Shown here piece by piece: positions 25,567 to 39,052 of a stretch of 64,000 nucleotides of DNA (its first letter is position 1; every line of letters begins with the position of its first letter). The translations under genes were made by a program, and so were the position numbers. Source of the DNA: Malacoraja senta (lineage: Eukaryota); the NCBI GenBank assembly GCA_038087875.1, contig CM075988.1, positions 10,976,001 to 11,040,000 of the forward strand. Direction: 5' to 3'. The notes beneath the pieces are model-generated. The model was not told the DNA's origin, searched no databases, and saw only the letters and a program-made list of their open reading frames with translations.

Positions 25567-28094
25567 ATTATTGCTGCACTGAAGGTCATTTGCCCCATTC
25601 TCATTGCCCTCAGTGAATGAGCACAGCCCATATGGTGAAGATATACACAGTCCTCTTGGGTGAAATATTCTGCGATTATTGTCCCAATAATAATGAAGGA
25701 ATAGCAATATATTTTGAACTATGGATGGCTTCGGATTTAGATTAAACTTTTCGGTGATGTCCTTCTGAAATGCCTGTTATTCTTGTCTTTGGAATACAAT
25801 TGATATTCAAAATCAATGATATATGAGTTTTCAGCAAAGATCAAAGTTTTAGTTATTGCCATTTAGATGAAGATTGCAAGTTAAATAATCCAATACACAA
25901 ACCTCCAGTTAAACACATGGAAATCTAAGCCATGGACATCGATGTTGTCCCAGGTAATGAGAGACCAGGTTATCATATCTGGCAAAACTTTAAATTTAGG
26001 TTTTAGGTGAGTTTCTAGCAAAAGCATGATTTAACCCAATAGTCTGATAAATAAATTATTGCTATGATTTAAATGTATTTATAGGCGACCTTTGACATTG
26101 CTGATATTGGAGTTAGCAGCTGCTAGCTACCTGAAGAGATTCCTTTGAACACATACTGGGCCTAGGCAAGCAGAATGCTCCCTGATTTCTGGCCCTCATG
26201 CAAGTCTTTAGTCTTCGCCTGCTGCTCAACCTGTCATGGATAGATGGATAGATAGTTGTTGTCACATATGCAATTAAACATTACACATTTAAATTCATTC
26301 TGCATGTAATAATGCTGGAGCTACCATGGGTGGTGCAATTTTATCAAGTTCAAAGTCTGGATTCCCACATGTTTGTTCTACCGGAGCGGCTCCCGATCTC
26401 CTCAGACGCCCACGACCTGCTCGGTCTGCGAACTGTAGCCCCTCTCTCCTCCTCGTCGGCCATCTTGTGTCCGGGGGGCAACCTCCTGCAGCCAACCTAA
26501 AGATGCTGGAGGCATTACCCTGGTTCTTGGCATTACCCTTGGTATTACCAAGGTCCTACTGGCCCTTGCTCATCACGGCCCTTGCTCACTAACTTTAGCG
26601 TGCCTTGTCACAGACCATGTCCTTCCCCAGTCAGTTGCTGCCTGAGGCTGAAAAACTTAAGTCCATTTGTCGAAGTGACATTTGGTGAGCCATTTTATTT
26701 ACAGCTTTTGTTTTTTGATTTGCCCCCGACCCCCTTCCCAAATTAACGTTGCAAAGTCCAATCGTATTTTTTAAAAATCATTAAGTAACGTCAGAAATAT
26801 TGCTGCAAAAAATAGTTACGGTGTTCTTAGAGATGAAAACATAATTGGCAGGAATTACATTCAAAAACAGCTATTACTAAGTTTTAATGTACTTTGGGAC
26901 CAGCAAACTGATCTGATATAAAAATAACTCGTCAGTTTGCACGGTTGTTCTTCATGTTAATAAATAACCTCCATACTGAAAGATTGTAGTGCTGGTACGA
27001 CCATTACGTTTTAGAAACATAGAAACATAGAAAATAGGTGCAGGAGTAGGAGTAGGCCATTTGGCCCATCGAGTCAGCCAATATGATCATGGCAGATCAT
27101 CCAAAATATGACCCTGTTTTTTCTTGAAATCTGATTATCTGGAATAGCTTATTATTGAATATTACAACTCTTATGTGCTCTGGCAGACAAGCAATGAAGT
27201 AGTGGTTGTTTATAAAATGATATTTTGTGGCAAAAACCCTTGTCAAAAATTAAACTGCATAATAGATTATTGCAAAACAGTGTGACCTAAATTCGAGGCC
27301 AATGACTTGAATTTTCTTTGACTGAAGGATGGCTTTTTATCTGTTTTTAATTCACGTTGCTTCATATTTATTATTGAATTCTGTGGCCCAGGTAGGAAAT
27401 GAATGCACTTCATTCAATAAGGTATCTCTCTCTGAGGGAAAGGTCATGGAAGTGATTATCCAGATAAATCAGTGTTTACTTGCGACAGAATCTGCTGACA
27501 GTGTGGTGCAGCGAATTGTGGAGGTTATTGCCATTCATTAAACATGGAGTTTATTCTTCCATGGTTTATTATTGCACATATGGTGGCAATAATTGCCTGC
27601 CCTCTGAAGGGTGAGGTTTGAGGGGGGATTAAATAGCAGGGAGGTAGGAAGCTGCCTTCTGGACAACATTTGCAACACAATGTGCGGCCTTTCAATATTT
27701 TTTAATCATAATCATAATTTATTAGCCAAGTATGATTTGCAACATACGAGGAATTTGGTTTGCGATGCAGTCATATTATTATATAGAACAACTTATTAAA
27801 TTTAAGTAAAATTTCCTGGTGACTGCGAGCAGCTTGTGCTGCTCAAGAGGTAAAACTGGGCAGAGCTGCATTTTGATCCCTGGTCATATGGCTTTTTAAA
27901 ACATGTTTTAATCCAGAGATACCATCAACTAACAAATCTGAAAATTAAAGTTTGATTTCTCAGAATCTTGAGTTGATATTTTTCTTCCGAACGTTGCCCC
28001 TTGTTTTATTGTGTTTGTTGCCTTCTTTTGGATACAGTTGGGTTAAAGGAATGAGAATCGGTGAGATATGCATATCTGTTTTCATTGGTCTTCA

Positions 28095-28320
28095 GGTTCA
28101 GTTTAGAGATAGTGTGTGGAAACTGGCCCTTCTGCCCATCGAGACTGCGCTGACCAATTACCACCCGTTCATACTAGTTTTGTGTTATCCCTTTTTCTCC
28201 CTACATACGAAAAGTAATTTATTGAGACCAATTAACCTGCATGTCTTTGGGATGCAGGAGGAAAGCGGAGCTCCTGGAGGAAACCCACGCGGTCACAGGG
28301 AGAACGGACAAACTCGACAC
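28095..28320 (-). mobile_element. V-SINE fragment
   Basis: gttcagtttagagatag tail and caattaacctgcatgtctttgggatgcaggaggaaa V-domain. Confidence 0.75.
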
Positions 28321-28778
28321 AAACAGAAAAATGTCTCAACGATTTTATATTTAGTGCTTAGGCCTGTTCTGAGTATGAAATGGTGGAGTTATTTGCTGCA
28401 CAATATCTTGATTAGTTATTCTGCCTTGTTGCTTCAGCTTTTTAAAACGTTTGTTTGTTATTGACTTTTCCTTTTTATAATTGGGTATGAGTAAAATAAC
28501 CTCTCTTTGTTGAAAGTAGTTTCATCAAGGTCGAAACCTTGCTGCCATTTGTAGTGTTGAAGAGCTGATGTGTATAAAAAAATATTTGAAGGCACTGTTT
28601 GAGTTTGCAAAAACACAAGGAAGTGTTGATGAAAATGTTCCCTAAATTAGCTACTGAGCCCGCAGGTTTGACTTGCTATTTGTAATTTGAAGGTTGCTTT
28701 ATTGTGGACTCCTAACCCACTACAGAAAGTGCACATGTAGCCTACAGTGATGGTCAAAGCAGCACTAAAGACCTGCTG

Positions 28779-28990
28779 ATAGACACAAAATACTGGAGTA
28801 ACTCAGCGGGACAGGCAGCATCTCTGGAGAAAAGGAATGGGTGATGTTTCGGGTCAAGACCGTTCTTCTTGTCTCGACCCGAAACGTCACCCATCCCTTC
28901 TCTCCAGAGATGCTGCCTGTCCCGCTGAGTTACTCCAGCGTTTTGTGTCTATCTTCAGTTTAAACCAGCATCTGCAGTTCCTTCTCACAC
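28779..28990. mobile_element. Penelope-derived hairpin element
   Basis: ~80-bp inverted arms (tagacacaaaatactggagtaactcagcgggacaggcagcatctctggaga.. / ..tctccagagatgctgcctgtcccgctgagttactccagcgttttgtgtcta). Degenerate flanking repeat actaaagacctgctg / acgaaaggcttgccg. Confidence 0.85.
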
Positions 28991-29139
28991 ACGAAAGGCT
29001 TGCCGCATTGTTAACACCGTCTTTTGAATGAAATGTGCAACTGAACCTCTGGCTTGCGAGATCGGGTGCGGGATAAGATCCATCGGCAATATTTGAATAA
29101 ATACAAAGCGTTATTCCATTAACCTCATCTTCTGCATCC

Positions 29140-29640
29140 AGTGTTCCTGATATCACCTCCTTTCCATCGGCGAGACCAAGTGTAGAGTCAGCATTAGTTT
29201 TGCCAACCGTTTGCTAACCGTTTGAACTCCTCTTCACATTCCCACACTGACCTTTCTGTCCTGGGCCACGTCCAGTGTCAAAGTGAGGGCACATGTAAAC
29301 TGGAGGAACAACACCTCGTATTCTGATAGGTAGCTTACAACTTAACTATATGAACATTGGATTCTCTACTTTTAGCCAACTAACCTAGCAAAAAAACAAC
29401 TCCTCCCCCCCACCTCCCCTTTTCACGCTCTCTTCCCTGTCCCACTTAGATTTGCACCCATTTATCTCCTTTATCTTTTCCCATTCCTTTGGTTTCACAC
29501 TTCTATCCTTATCTCGCTTCTTTTGTCTTTTCATCTTTCCAGCCATCTGCCCATCAGAAAAACAACATATCTGTATCCACCTATCACTCACCAGTCTTTG
29601 TTCTGCCCCTTCTCACTTCAAGTTTTCTCCCCCCCCCACT
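29140..29640 (+). mobile_element. Decayed Penelope GIY-YIG/3' fragment
   Basis: catcggcgagaccaagtgtaga (IGETKCR) and aaactggaggaacaacacctcgtattc (KLEEQHLVF), followed by a pyrimidine-rich spacer. Confidence 0.75.
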
Positions 29641-30049
29641 TCGCACTTGTTCTGAACTGAGTTATCAACCACATAATAATGGTTGCGCCTCAATTTCATT
29701 GCAAAGCTCTCAGCAGTATCCCACAGAGGCTTAATCAGTCATCTTAGGATGCACAGAACTAGAGGAAAAGACCTTGACCACAAGGACTGTCCAAGAAAGA
29801 CAGTTGCAAGAAGTTCTATGAATGCGTTTATTCATGTGAATGTTGTAATTAGTCAGTAAAAAAGACCGTCTGAATTGCTTTTAAGCATCCTGATAGTTTT
29901 TGAGAAAAATTTAGTTGTTGCCCAACGAAAACAGACATACTCTATCAATTAGCCTACAACAAGCTTTCTGCTTTCCTTGATTCACCTGATACATATTTGG
30001 TACTGTAAGCCAATTTTTGAATTTCTTTTAAATAATTTCTTTCAATTTT

Positions 30050-30810
30050 AGTATAACATTTTGGGACGTCAAACTCGGGCAGGACCTACACTGTGAACAG
30101 TAGGGCCCTACTGAGTGTTGTCGAGCAGAGGGATCTTGAAGTTCAAGAGAATAGTTCCCTGAAAGTGGCATCACAGTTTTGTAGGGTAGTAGAGAAGGTT
30201 TTTGGCACACGGACGTTCATCAGTCAGTGAATTGAGTATAGAAGTTGGGACTTTATGCTACAGTTGTACAATACGTTGGTGTGGTTGCATTTGGAGTATT
30301 GTTTTCAGTTGTAGTCACCCTCCTAGAGGACGATTCCATTAAGATGGAAAGAGTGCAGAGAGGAGTTTTGAGTTTTCTAAAATTATCAGAGAATAGATAG
30401 GCTGAATGCACAAAGTTGTTCTCACAGAGGAGGGGAGCAAATAACTGGAGGATAATAAAAAGGTACTGCAGAAGATGGTTCATACCAAAGATAGACACAA
30501 AATGTTGGAGTAACTCAGCGGGTCAGGCAGCATCTCTGGAGGCATACATTTGGGGTGATACATTTGATAGCTACCTGAGAGGTGACTTTTTCGCACAGGA
30601 GGTGTTGGGTATATGGAATGAGCTGCCAGAGGTAGTAGTTGAGGCCGGTATAATAGCAACATTTAAAATAAATTTGGAGAGGTACATGGATAACAAAGGG
30701 TTTAGAGGGATATGGGGTAAATGATACTTCCTTAAATGCAGCACCTTGGTCGGCATGGGAGAGTTGGGCCAAAGGGCCTGTTTCCGTGCAGTATGACTCT
30801 AACTCTATCA
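30050..30810 (+). mobile_element. Decayed CR1/HER1 fragment containing a Penelope half-repeat (~30460-30540)
   Basis: LRGDFFAQEVLGIWNELPEVVVEAG in ORF 30416-30724. Tail gggccaaagggcctgtttccgtgcagtatgactcta. Confidence 0.8.
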
Positions 30811-31535
30811 CTGTAAACATGAATATTTTGTTTACTTTACAATTTATGAAATCATCTGAGGAAAACAAATAATTTTTACTCGTTTGAAAGTTTACCCAAG
30901 ATTCTGTACCCAGCTTCTATCTTTTATATTAAACACAATATTAATCCCATCTGTTCCAGTGTAGTTCGTTACAGCAATTAAGCAGAATTGTAAAATCTGT
31001 GACAAGATTAAACAAATTTGCATCTTTCCTCCTTTGCAATGATTTTTATGACTGTAATAAAAAATGTTGTTTAAATAATTTATTTCTGTATTTTCTGTGG
31101 AGCCTCTGCTCCTTTTAAAGCTGAATAATGATATATCCTTTGCATAAAAGGGAAATCTTTGTTTGCTTTATTTGATGGTATTATTTGTTGTTTCACACAT
31201 GTATGAAGGTGGATACAGTTCTCCAACTGTTGATGTATCGAAATGTCTCAGTAGCTACGTTCTGAACTGCACAGCTGTTTTTGGCACAGCAGGAGAATGG
31301 TTTCCAGGGATAGTTTCTTCTTCTTTCAAACAATGTCACGATTGTTATGGGCTTTATGATGAAAAGAATTACAAGAACATGGATTATTTTCTGAGATTTA
31401 TAATGGCAAAATTGATTTGCTTGTTTTTATACTTCTGCGTTTTGAATTTAAATGATCATTATCCTAATGTTTTATAACACAGCCCAAGCATTTCATGTTG
31501 GCTCACTACAAATAGAATTGTTGAATAGCTTATGT

Positions 31536-31876
31536 TATAGGAACAGAATTAGGCCATTTGGCCCATCAAGTCGACTCCGCCATTCAATCATGGCTGATCT
31601 ATCTTTCCTTCTCAACCCCATTTTTCCTGCCTTCTCCCCATAACCCCTGACATCCAAACTAATCGAGAATCTGTCAATCTCCACCTTAAAAATATCCATT
31701 GACGGCCTCCACAGCCTTCTGTGGCAATGAGTTCCGCAGATTCACCACCTAAAGACTAAAGAAATTCCTCCTCATCTCCATTCTAAAGGTATGTCCTTTT
31801 ATTCTGAGGGTATGGTCTCTAGTCCTAGACACCCCCACTAGTGAAAACATCCTCTCCACATCCACTCTATCCAGGC
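31536..31876 (-). mobile_element. CR1 3' fragment
   Basis: Same subfamily as 4920-5278 (aattaggccatttggcccatc..catccactctatcc). Confidence 0.85.
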
Positions 31877-32227
31877 ATGACAATATTGCTCTGACATTAT
31901 TGCACTGTTGTACACATGCCTACATGGTTTAGGGGGATGCATTTAACCATTGTATGCTCTGTTAACTGTGCATCATTTTGAGGCACATTGGCAGTAGAAA
32001 GATATTGCACTAATTGGATGGTCAGATGTTTTTGTTAAACCCTTGTATTGCAAAGGGTGATTAACTGGGCTGAGTTGCTTCAGGTTACTGTCTTCTCAGT
32101 ATTCTATCTCCAGGTTTAATGTTCAAACTGAGCAAATACTTATTTGAAATTTGAGGTTCTCACACCCTGCAAGGTTACACTGTGCTGCAAATATTTAGGG
32201 CCATCGTTTCCAGTTGCTATTGACTAA

Positions 32228-32525
32228 AGGGCCTGTCCCACTATACGAGTTTACCCAAGAGCTCTCCCGAGTTAAAAACAAAAAATCGAACTCGTGGTAA
32301 GTACGTAGCGGGTACGTCGGAGCTCGGGACGTCTCTTAGTGGCTCGTAACACTAACGGCAGGTACTCGGGAAACGCAGTAAGCTCGTGAAGTTTATTCAA
32401 CAGTGTGAAAAATGTCCACGAGAGCCCCGAGTACCTACGAACGGCTATTACCATAATTCTCCAAGTTCGAATCAGGGGAAACTAGGGAGAACGCTTGAAT
32501 TACCTCGTACAGTGGGACAGGCCCT
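32228..32525. mobile_element. PIF/Harbinger-like MITE, ~298 bp
   Basis: TIR AGGGCCTGTCCCACTATACGAG / CTCGTACAGTGGGACAGGCCCT (1 mismatch), flanked by TAA and TTA. Confidence 0.85.
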
Positions 32526-34904
32526 TTAGCATTTTCAATGTTGCAGGTAATGGACCATTGATCTACCCATTGTCCAATTCATTCTGTCTTTCGGCTGTGT
32601 TTCCATTGCTGCTCGTCATTCAGATGGGGAGTTAATTGCTCTGTTAAGAGTCTTCTCATTAAAAGAGAAACTAACATCGCTTTTGATCCTCTTCAGATGG
32701 CCATTAATAGAAATGCGAAACCAAAGAGCATGTATTTGTTGATAAGATAAATGCTGGCTGACATGATAGTATCCTCCATGGAGTCATTTATCAATTGATC
32801 AAATATGCCCAACAGAACAGTGCTTGGGTAAGTAACTTGTGACTGGCTCAATGGTTCAAAGTTTTCAGTGCAACTCATTTAACTATCACCTTCATTTAGA
32901 ATTGACTGCCGTTTATATAATCCCTTGAAGTCACATGAGGATAACTTGTAATTGTATAATGTCTTTCCTACATGCCCTAAGCCACTTTATTAAATGTTTT
33001 TTCTCAACCTCGTCGTGTATGCACAGCAAGTTCACATAAATGCAGTGTGAAACAACCAAATGTCTTGATTGCAGTAATACCACACAGATGCTAAATAAAA
33101 CTCCTTTCAATAAAGAACATGGTTAAGTACAGCACAGGAAGAGGCCCTTCAGCCCACATTTCGGAGTCGGACATTGAGCCGAGATAAATTAATCTCATCA
33201 TGTGATTCGTATCCCTCCATCCCATTATGCTTGGGCAAAGAGTGAAACATCTCTCGCTATACTGGTCTATTTTCATTCCTTCAAATCACAAGGAACAAAA
33301 AACACATTGGGTCATGTTAACACATTACTGAGAAAGAAAATATTGCTAACAGGTTGGACTACACATTACTTCAGAAGTTTAAGCCTGATGTTCAGCAATG
33401 TTTCTGTGTAACAGGATAAGATGCAATGTTTCCACAAGCACTTGTTTCAATGGACTACCATATTTTCCAAGTGGTGACAAAATGAAAATATTATTTATAT
33501 TTCCAGAGGTAAAAAAATTATTGTGATTAACGTTAATGGTTAAGACCGACATTCACCAGCGAGGTTCAGCATGTACAATAAATAAGACGTGCCAATCCTT
33601 TTCATTTGTATTCTGACTTGATTTGTTTCCAAATCGTAACCTTTTTTGACATCACTTCGGCAAAAATGAATACACTCCACATTTAAATGGTTTCTATTGC
33701 AATTTTTGATTGCAATTTTCAAGCCTAATATCTCACTGATGTTGACGGCTTGGGAGTGATTACCTTTTAGTGACATTTAATCTTGGCACTAGTCCATTGG
33801 ATGGTTGACATTGTAATCTGCAACCTGGAAAAAGGAGTCTATATTAGACAGCTTGCCAATAAATTGAAAATTAGTGCCTCTTTGATTTTCATTCTGCAAT
33901 AAATGTCACTGACACATTTATAAAATCATATTTATTAAGCATATTAAAGACACTAGAACACGCAGGAACAGTTCGGCAAAGCCAGACTGCACATTGAAGC
34001 CTGTCCTTCTAATCTCCTCAACTTTCCATAGATTTTGATTTCCACAAGTTTTTGTGTCACTTTTCTCCCCAGAAGCTTTTATTTAACTGTGAATAAAAAC
34101 AGTTCTGTCCTTTATTGTAGTTTGGTCAGCTCATGGTGGCGTGTCTGTTACAAGTGTATGTCAATTAACAAAAATTCGAACTAGACATATCTCAATGGCG
34201 TTGCTGTCTTATTGTCTAGAGGTAATATCCTATGGATATGATATTAAATAGCGACTCGGTTAGATATTTCTGTATGCTTGTGATTTTTCATGCCTTGTAT
34301 TCATTCACTTCATTTGTTGTTTGTTGGACTTTGTATGGCATTTGCTGACATGTTATTTTTTGCCAATGCTGCAAAACTGAATTCCCAAGTGGGTCTATTG
34401 TCTGGGAATACTTTGAGGCATCTTGATATCTGATAGCGCCCAACAAAGTCATTCCTCTTGTGCTTTTACTCTTTCACGTACAAAATGTGTATGACACTGG
34501 GCGGCAGGAAGCATTTAAGAAATGGATAGCTGAGTCAAATGGTCTTTGTCAATCTACATATGTCTTATGACCTTGTTCTTCCAAGCTAACAAAAAGGAGG
34601 AACATGCATCAGCATAGATCTGATTGTTCATCTGAACTGTGGGACCTTTGGGGGGGGGGGGGGTTGTCAGCCCTGGTTTATTTACACTCTAAATCATTAA
34701 TTTTAGATGAAATGCATTCTGAAGGAAGTAATGAGGCAATACATTGCTCTGTTCTGCCTCTTTCTTTCATTTTATTGAATTTATTTTTGTCAGCATTGGA
34801 ATTAAACATTAGTCTTCTCTCTAGATGATGGACCCTGAACATGTATCACCTTTTACCATTAATACATTCCTTCACAACAATTCCTGGCTCCAAAGACTTT
34901 TGAT

Positions 34905-35222
34905 CTGGCAAGTGATAGGTGGATACAGATGAAAAAAGTATTGATAGGCATATGGGTGGACAAAGGCCAGAGAAGAAAAACAAAGAAGTGTAAGATAAGG
35001 ATGGAAGAGGTGCAGATACCTTTTCTATCCTTTTCCTCACCAGGCTTTATCCTGCCCCTCCTCTCTTCCTGCTATCTTTCTCCCCCACCACAATCAGACT
35101 GACGAAGGTTCCTGAACCAAAACATCACCTGTCCATGTTCTCAAGAGATGCCGCCTGACCCTCTGAGTTACTCCAGCACTTTGTATCTTTTATGTAAACC
35201 AGCATCTGCAGTTCCGTGTGTC
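34905..35222. mobile_element. Penelope terminal-repeat fragment with inverted 5' part
   Basis: A purine-rich segment switches to pyrimidine-rich at ~35018, then ctgacgaaggttcctgaaccaaaacatcacc..ccagcatctgcagttc. Confidence 0.6.
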
Positions 35223-35488
35223 AGCCTGCAAGCTGCTCATCTGCACGACTAGACTGAAAGCTTGGCCACGTGTAACGGCAACCTAGATGTGTTTGTCATT
35301 TCAAAACTCTGTACCTAAGCAAAAATGTCAGTGTAACAGCATTGAGAGCTTGAAGGTTTTCGGTGTGACTATAAATTTTGCAATAAGATAATTCTTCAAA
35401 CCACTTGGTCTTTCATCTAGTGTCTATCATGTAGCAGGATCTTAACTCCTCGAGTGTCTTTGCGACAGTGGACTATGACATATAGCAC

Positions 35489-36037
35489 AATAGACCATAG
35501 GTGCAGGAGTAGGCCATTTGGCCCTTCGAGCCAGCACTGCCATTCAATGTGATCATGGCTGATCATCCACAATCAGTACCCCGTTCCTGCCTTCTCCCCA
35601 TATCCCCTGACTCCACTATTTTTAAGAGCCCTATCTAGCTCTCTCTTGAAAGCATCCAGAGAACCTGCCCTCTGAGGCAGAGAATTCCACAGAATCCCCC
35701 CACCCTCTGTGATAAAAATAGTTTCCTTGTCTCCGTTCTAAATGGCTTACTCCTATTCTTAAACTGGTTCTGGACTCCCCCAACATCGGGAACATGTTTC
35801 CTGCCTCTAGCATGTCCAAGCCCTTAACAATCTTATATGTTTCAATGAGATACCCTCTCATCCTTCTAAACTCCAGAGTGTACAAGCCCAGCTGCTCCAT
35901 TCTCTCAGCATATGACAGTCCCGCCATCCCGGGAATTAACTTTGTATACCTACGCTGCACTCCCTCAATAGCAAGAATGTCCTTCCTCAAATTAGGGGAC
36001 CAAAACTGCACACAATACTCCAGGTGTGGTCTCACTG
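35489..36037 (-). mobile_element. CR1 3' fragment
   Basis: ORF 35631-36116 contains VRPHLEYCVQFWSPNLRKDILAIEGVQRR. Confidence 0.92.
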
Positions 36038-36196
36038 GATCACGATCTGGATCATTTTCATGATGCATTAGCTGTAAGATGTAGTCACCTCCTTTAACCC
36101 TTTTGGAGACTTGCACACCACATGCAGTATCTCCTCACAATAATATTGTGATTTGGTATCCAATGCAGATTGAAAAAAAGCCATTCATCTTGTCAA

Positions 36197-36447
36197 AAGA
36201 CACAAAGTGCAGGAGCAACTCAGTTGGGCAGGCTACGTCTCTGGAGAACTTGGAGAGCTGATATTTTAGGTCGAGACTGAAGGAGTCTTCAGATTTTATG
36301 GTCCGAATGAGCCTGAAGAATGGTCTCAACCTGAAACATCAGCCGAGATCTATGTTCTCCAGAGATGCTGTCTGACTTGCTGAGTTCCTCCAGCACGTTG
36401 TGTTGTATTTTGTGCACTAACCAGCATCTGCAGTTCTTTGTTTCTAC
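36197..36447. mobile_element. Penelope-derived hairpin element retaining CTGAAGA..GAAA (36313-36336)
   Basis: Inverted arms. Degenerate flanking repeat cattcatcttgtcaa / cattaatttcatcaa. Confidence 0.75.
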
Positions 36448-37987
36448 ATTAATTTCATCAACCCATTTCTCACTGAATTCAGATGTTTAACATCCAAACT
36501 GAATTAAGCATTTTGGATTTTTTTTAAAAAGCCAATTATGGGGAATGTTTTTTTTCTAGAATATCTGACCTTGCAGCGATGCATTATCTGATAATTCAGT
36601 CTGGTACTGCTCAGATTGATGTATGGGGGAAGGCTTAGAACGATTCAGCGGCTAATGGCTGTTCAGATTTATCTGATTCAATGTTCAAAATGACATTTCA
36701 GTCACTGATATCAGTTTCTAAGAAACTAATTACAAATCTTCCTATTCATAAATAGTCAAGTTTAGTGATGCTTATCTCAACAATACCACAATCATGTTTT
36801 CAGAAGATATATTCACCACATACTGTATAATCAGGCTGGTCGAGAGGCTAACTGATTTTCACTTTTAGTTTGATGATGCAACAAATCTAATTTATCAATG
36901 TAATGAAAATTCAAACAATGGCTTTTCAGTAAACCAATTGCCAGTGACAAATTAACCTGAGCTAGTGAACCGATTTGTTGTGTTCTTTGGGAGTAAACTT
37001 GATAAGCTATTATCTGTCAACCCTTTCCACAAACCAGTAATCTCTCATTGAAACTAATCAGAAGTACCGTATGTCCTTGTTACAGCCTTTACATTTGTCA
37101 TTGGGCTAAATAAGGCTTTCCCCAAAGCACATTTCCCTTTCTGTAAGCTGTGCTGTCACAGTCCTTCCTACACTGCAAAAAGGGCAGCTCGCATCACCTC
37201 TATTAGGCCAATGTATTATTATTATTATTATTATTGTGGATTTACTCAGTGTATAATAAACTGCATGTACTAAAATGTGTAAGAGTCCCTGTACAGGATT
37301 AGTGAGGATATTTCTGTGTTATCTTGTCCCTTTAATGTCACCAGCTCAATGCTTCCTAACTCGAGAACATTGCATAAATGGCCTTTATAAATAGCATCTT
37401 TTGTTTCAACCGTATAATTTGATACTGTCTCTTTATAAACCAAATAAAGTCTCCAAGCATTGAATTCAAATTCATCATGCATGTAGTCAGTTTGAGCCAA
37501 ATTTAGCATTTTGTTTTCCGTCTAATAATTTAAGGTTTAATTTTGTGTGGCCTTTAAATTGGATGATATGTATGTTATCAGTTTAATTGGCATAAATTCA
37601 CTAAATTTGTAGGAATATTAATCTAAGCAATACATTTTAGGTGACATATTATTTTGCAAAGATGTTTACTGGTTTCAATGATTTGTCTTCCAATGGTGAC
37701 TTAATATGCCTCCATTATTCTTGTTTAATTGTCTGAATCGTGCTGCCTGATGGTGTGTAATCCCAACGGGAACCATCAACTTGCAGCTGTGCTCATGTTA
37801 GGACATCTCGGACTATCACTGGGGTGAACGTGAATGTCAGCAGCTGATGTCTAATCGCCCACTGGTCTCCGTGAGCTTGGCTACAGAGCAGACTGAAGGG
37901 ACTTTGCATCTGGCCGCATGCTTCATGTCAGGGAAAAGTAATCAGCCATTGGTCACCAGCCCATTGGAAAATGGTCATTGTTTCATG

Positions 37988-38267
37988 GTTTAGGTTTAGG
38001 GATACTGCGCGGTAACAGGCCTTTCGGCTCTGCCAACCAACCATACTAACAAAATGCTGCCCCGCACACACAACAATTTACAATTTTACCAAAGCCAATT
38101 AACCTACAAATCTGTACATCTTTGGAGTGTGGGAGGAAACTGGAGCACCCTGAGAAAGCCCATGCAGGTCACGGAGAATGTACAAACCATGTAATGACAG
38201 CACCCATAGTCAGGATTGAACCTGGGTATCTGGCGCTGTAAGGCAGCAACTCTACAGCTGCACCACG
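37988..38267 (-). mobile_element. V-SINE
   Basis: V-domain plus ggattgaacctgggta B box and cagctgcaccacg head. Confidence 0.85.
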
Positions 38268-38610
38268 TTTTAATGTGTTTTTTAAATTTTTATTTATTTA
38301 TTACTTTAACATATTTTTGAAAACACTGAAAAACAATTAGAATATATTAACTCTCTATCAGAGTTATTTAAATCATGTCTAGAAAGTGTATGATAGTTAG
38401 CTAGTTGCCAAAAGCTACTGGGGAGTTCTGGTGTGGCCTCATGTTCTGGTACTTGAGGTCTTGTGTTAGCTTAGAGTAGGAGGTGGGATACACTGCACCA
38501 CTCCCTCCACCTCTCCCTCCACAACCATTTACACAGTAAGTAGGGGCAGATAATGATTGCAGGCTAGAAATCCAGGAAACTAGCTGGGTCCAGGAAAATG
38601 AAATCAGTAA

Positions 38611-39052
38611 AGGGCCTGTCCCACGAGCATGCGGCAGAGCGCACCAAACGGAAGCGGGGCCGGGCGGAGGTCGAGTGATCCCCGTACAGGGCCGGTCCCA
38701 CCAGCATGCGGCAAGCGCGACCAAAACCGGAAGCGGGGGCCGAGTGAGTGACGTGAAGTTCGAGCGAAGTCCACGCGTGATGTACGGCATCAAGACGCTG
38801 CGTACGGCGTCGAGACGCTGCGCACGCCCGTCGAGGCGGTGCGTACGGCGTCGAGGCGGCTGCGGGCTGGCAGGCCGTTGCCACGCGAATTTTTGAACAC
38901 TGTCAGTGTTTCGGAGCCCCGCGTGATGTCGGGACCAGCTCCGCACAACTCCATACGTCTCCGGCGATCGAAGTGGGACCGGCCCCGCGAGGCCGTACGG
39001 CTCAAGCGACCATGTTAGGTCGCGCTTGCCACATGCTCGTGGGACAGGCCCT
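38611..39052. mobile_element. PIF/Harbinger-like MITE, 442 bp, GC-rich, next to an old CR1 3' fragment (~39056-39345)
   Basis: TIR AGGGCCTGTCCCACGAGCATG / CATGCTCGTGGGACAGGCCCT. TAA target duplication at 38608-38610 and 39053-39055. Confidence 0.9.

Noticed and set aside
32680..32835. Possible exon between ctcttcag and gtaagt
   Set aside because: All three frames contain stops, and there is no support for a coding exon.
38401..39005. Arg/Ala-rich ORFs up to 181 aa
   Set aside because: By-products of the GC-rich MITE. No transposase motifs.
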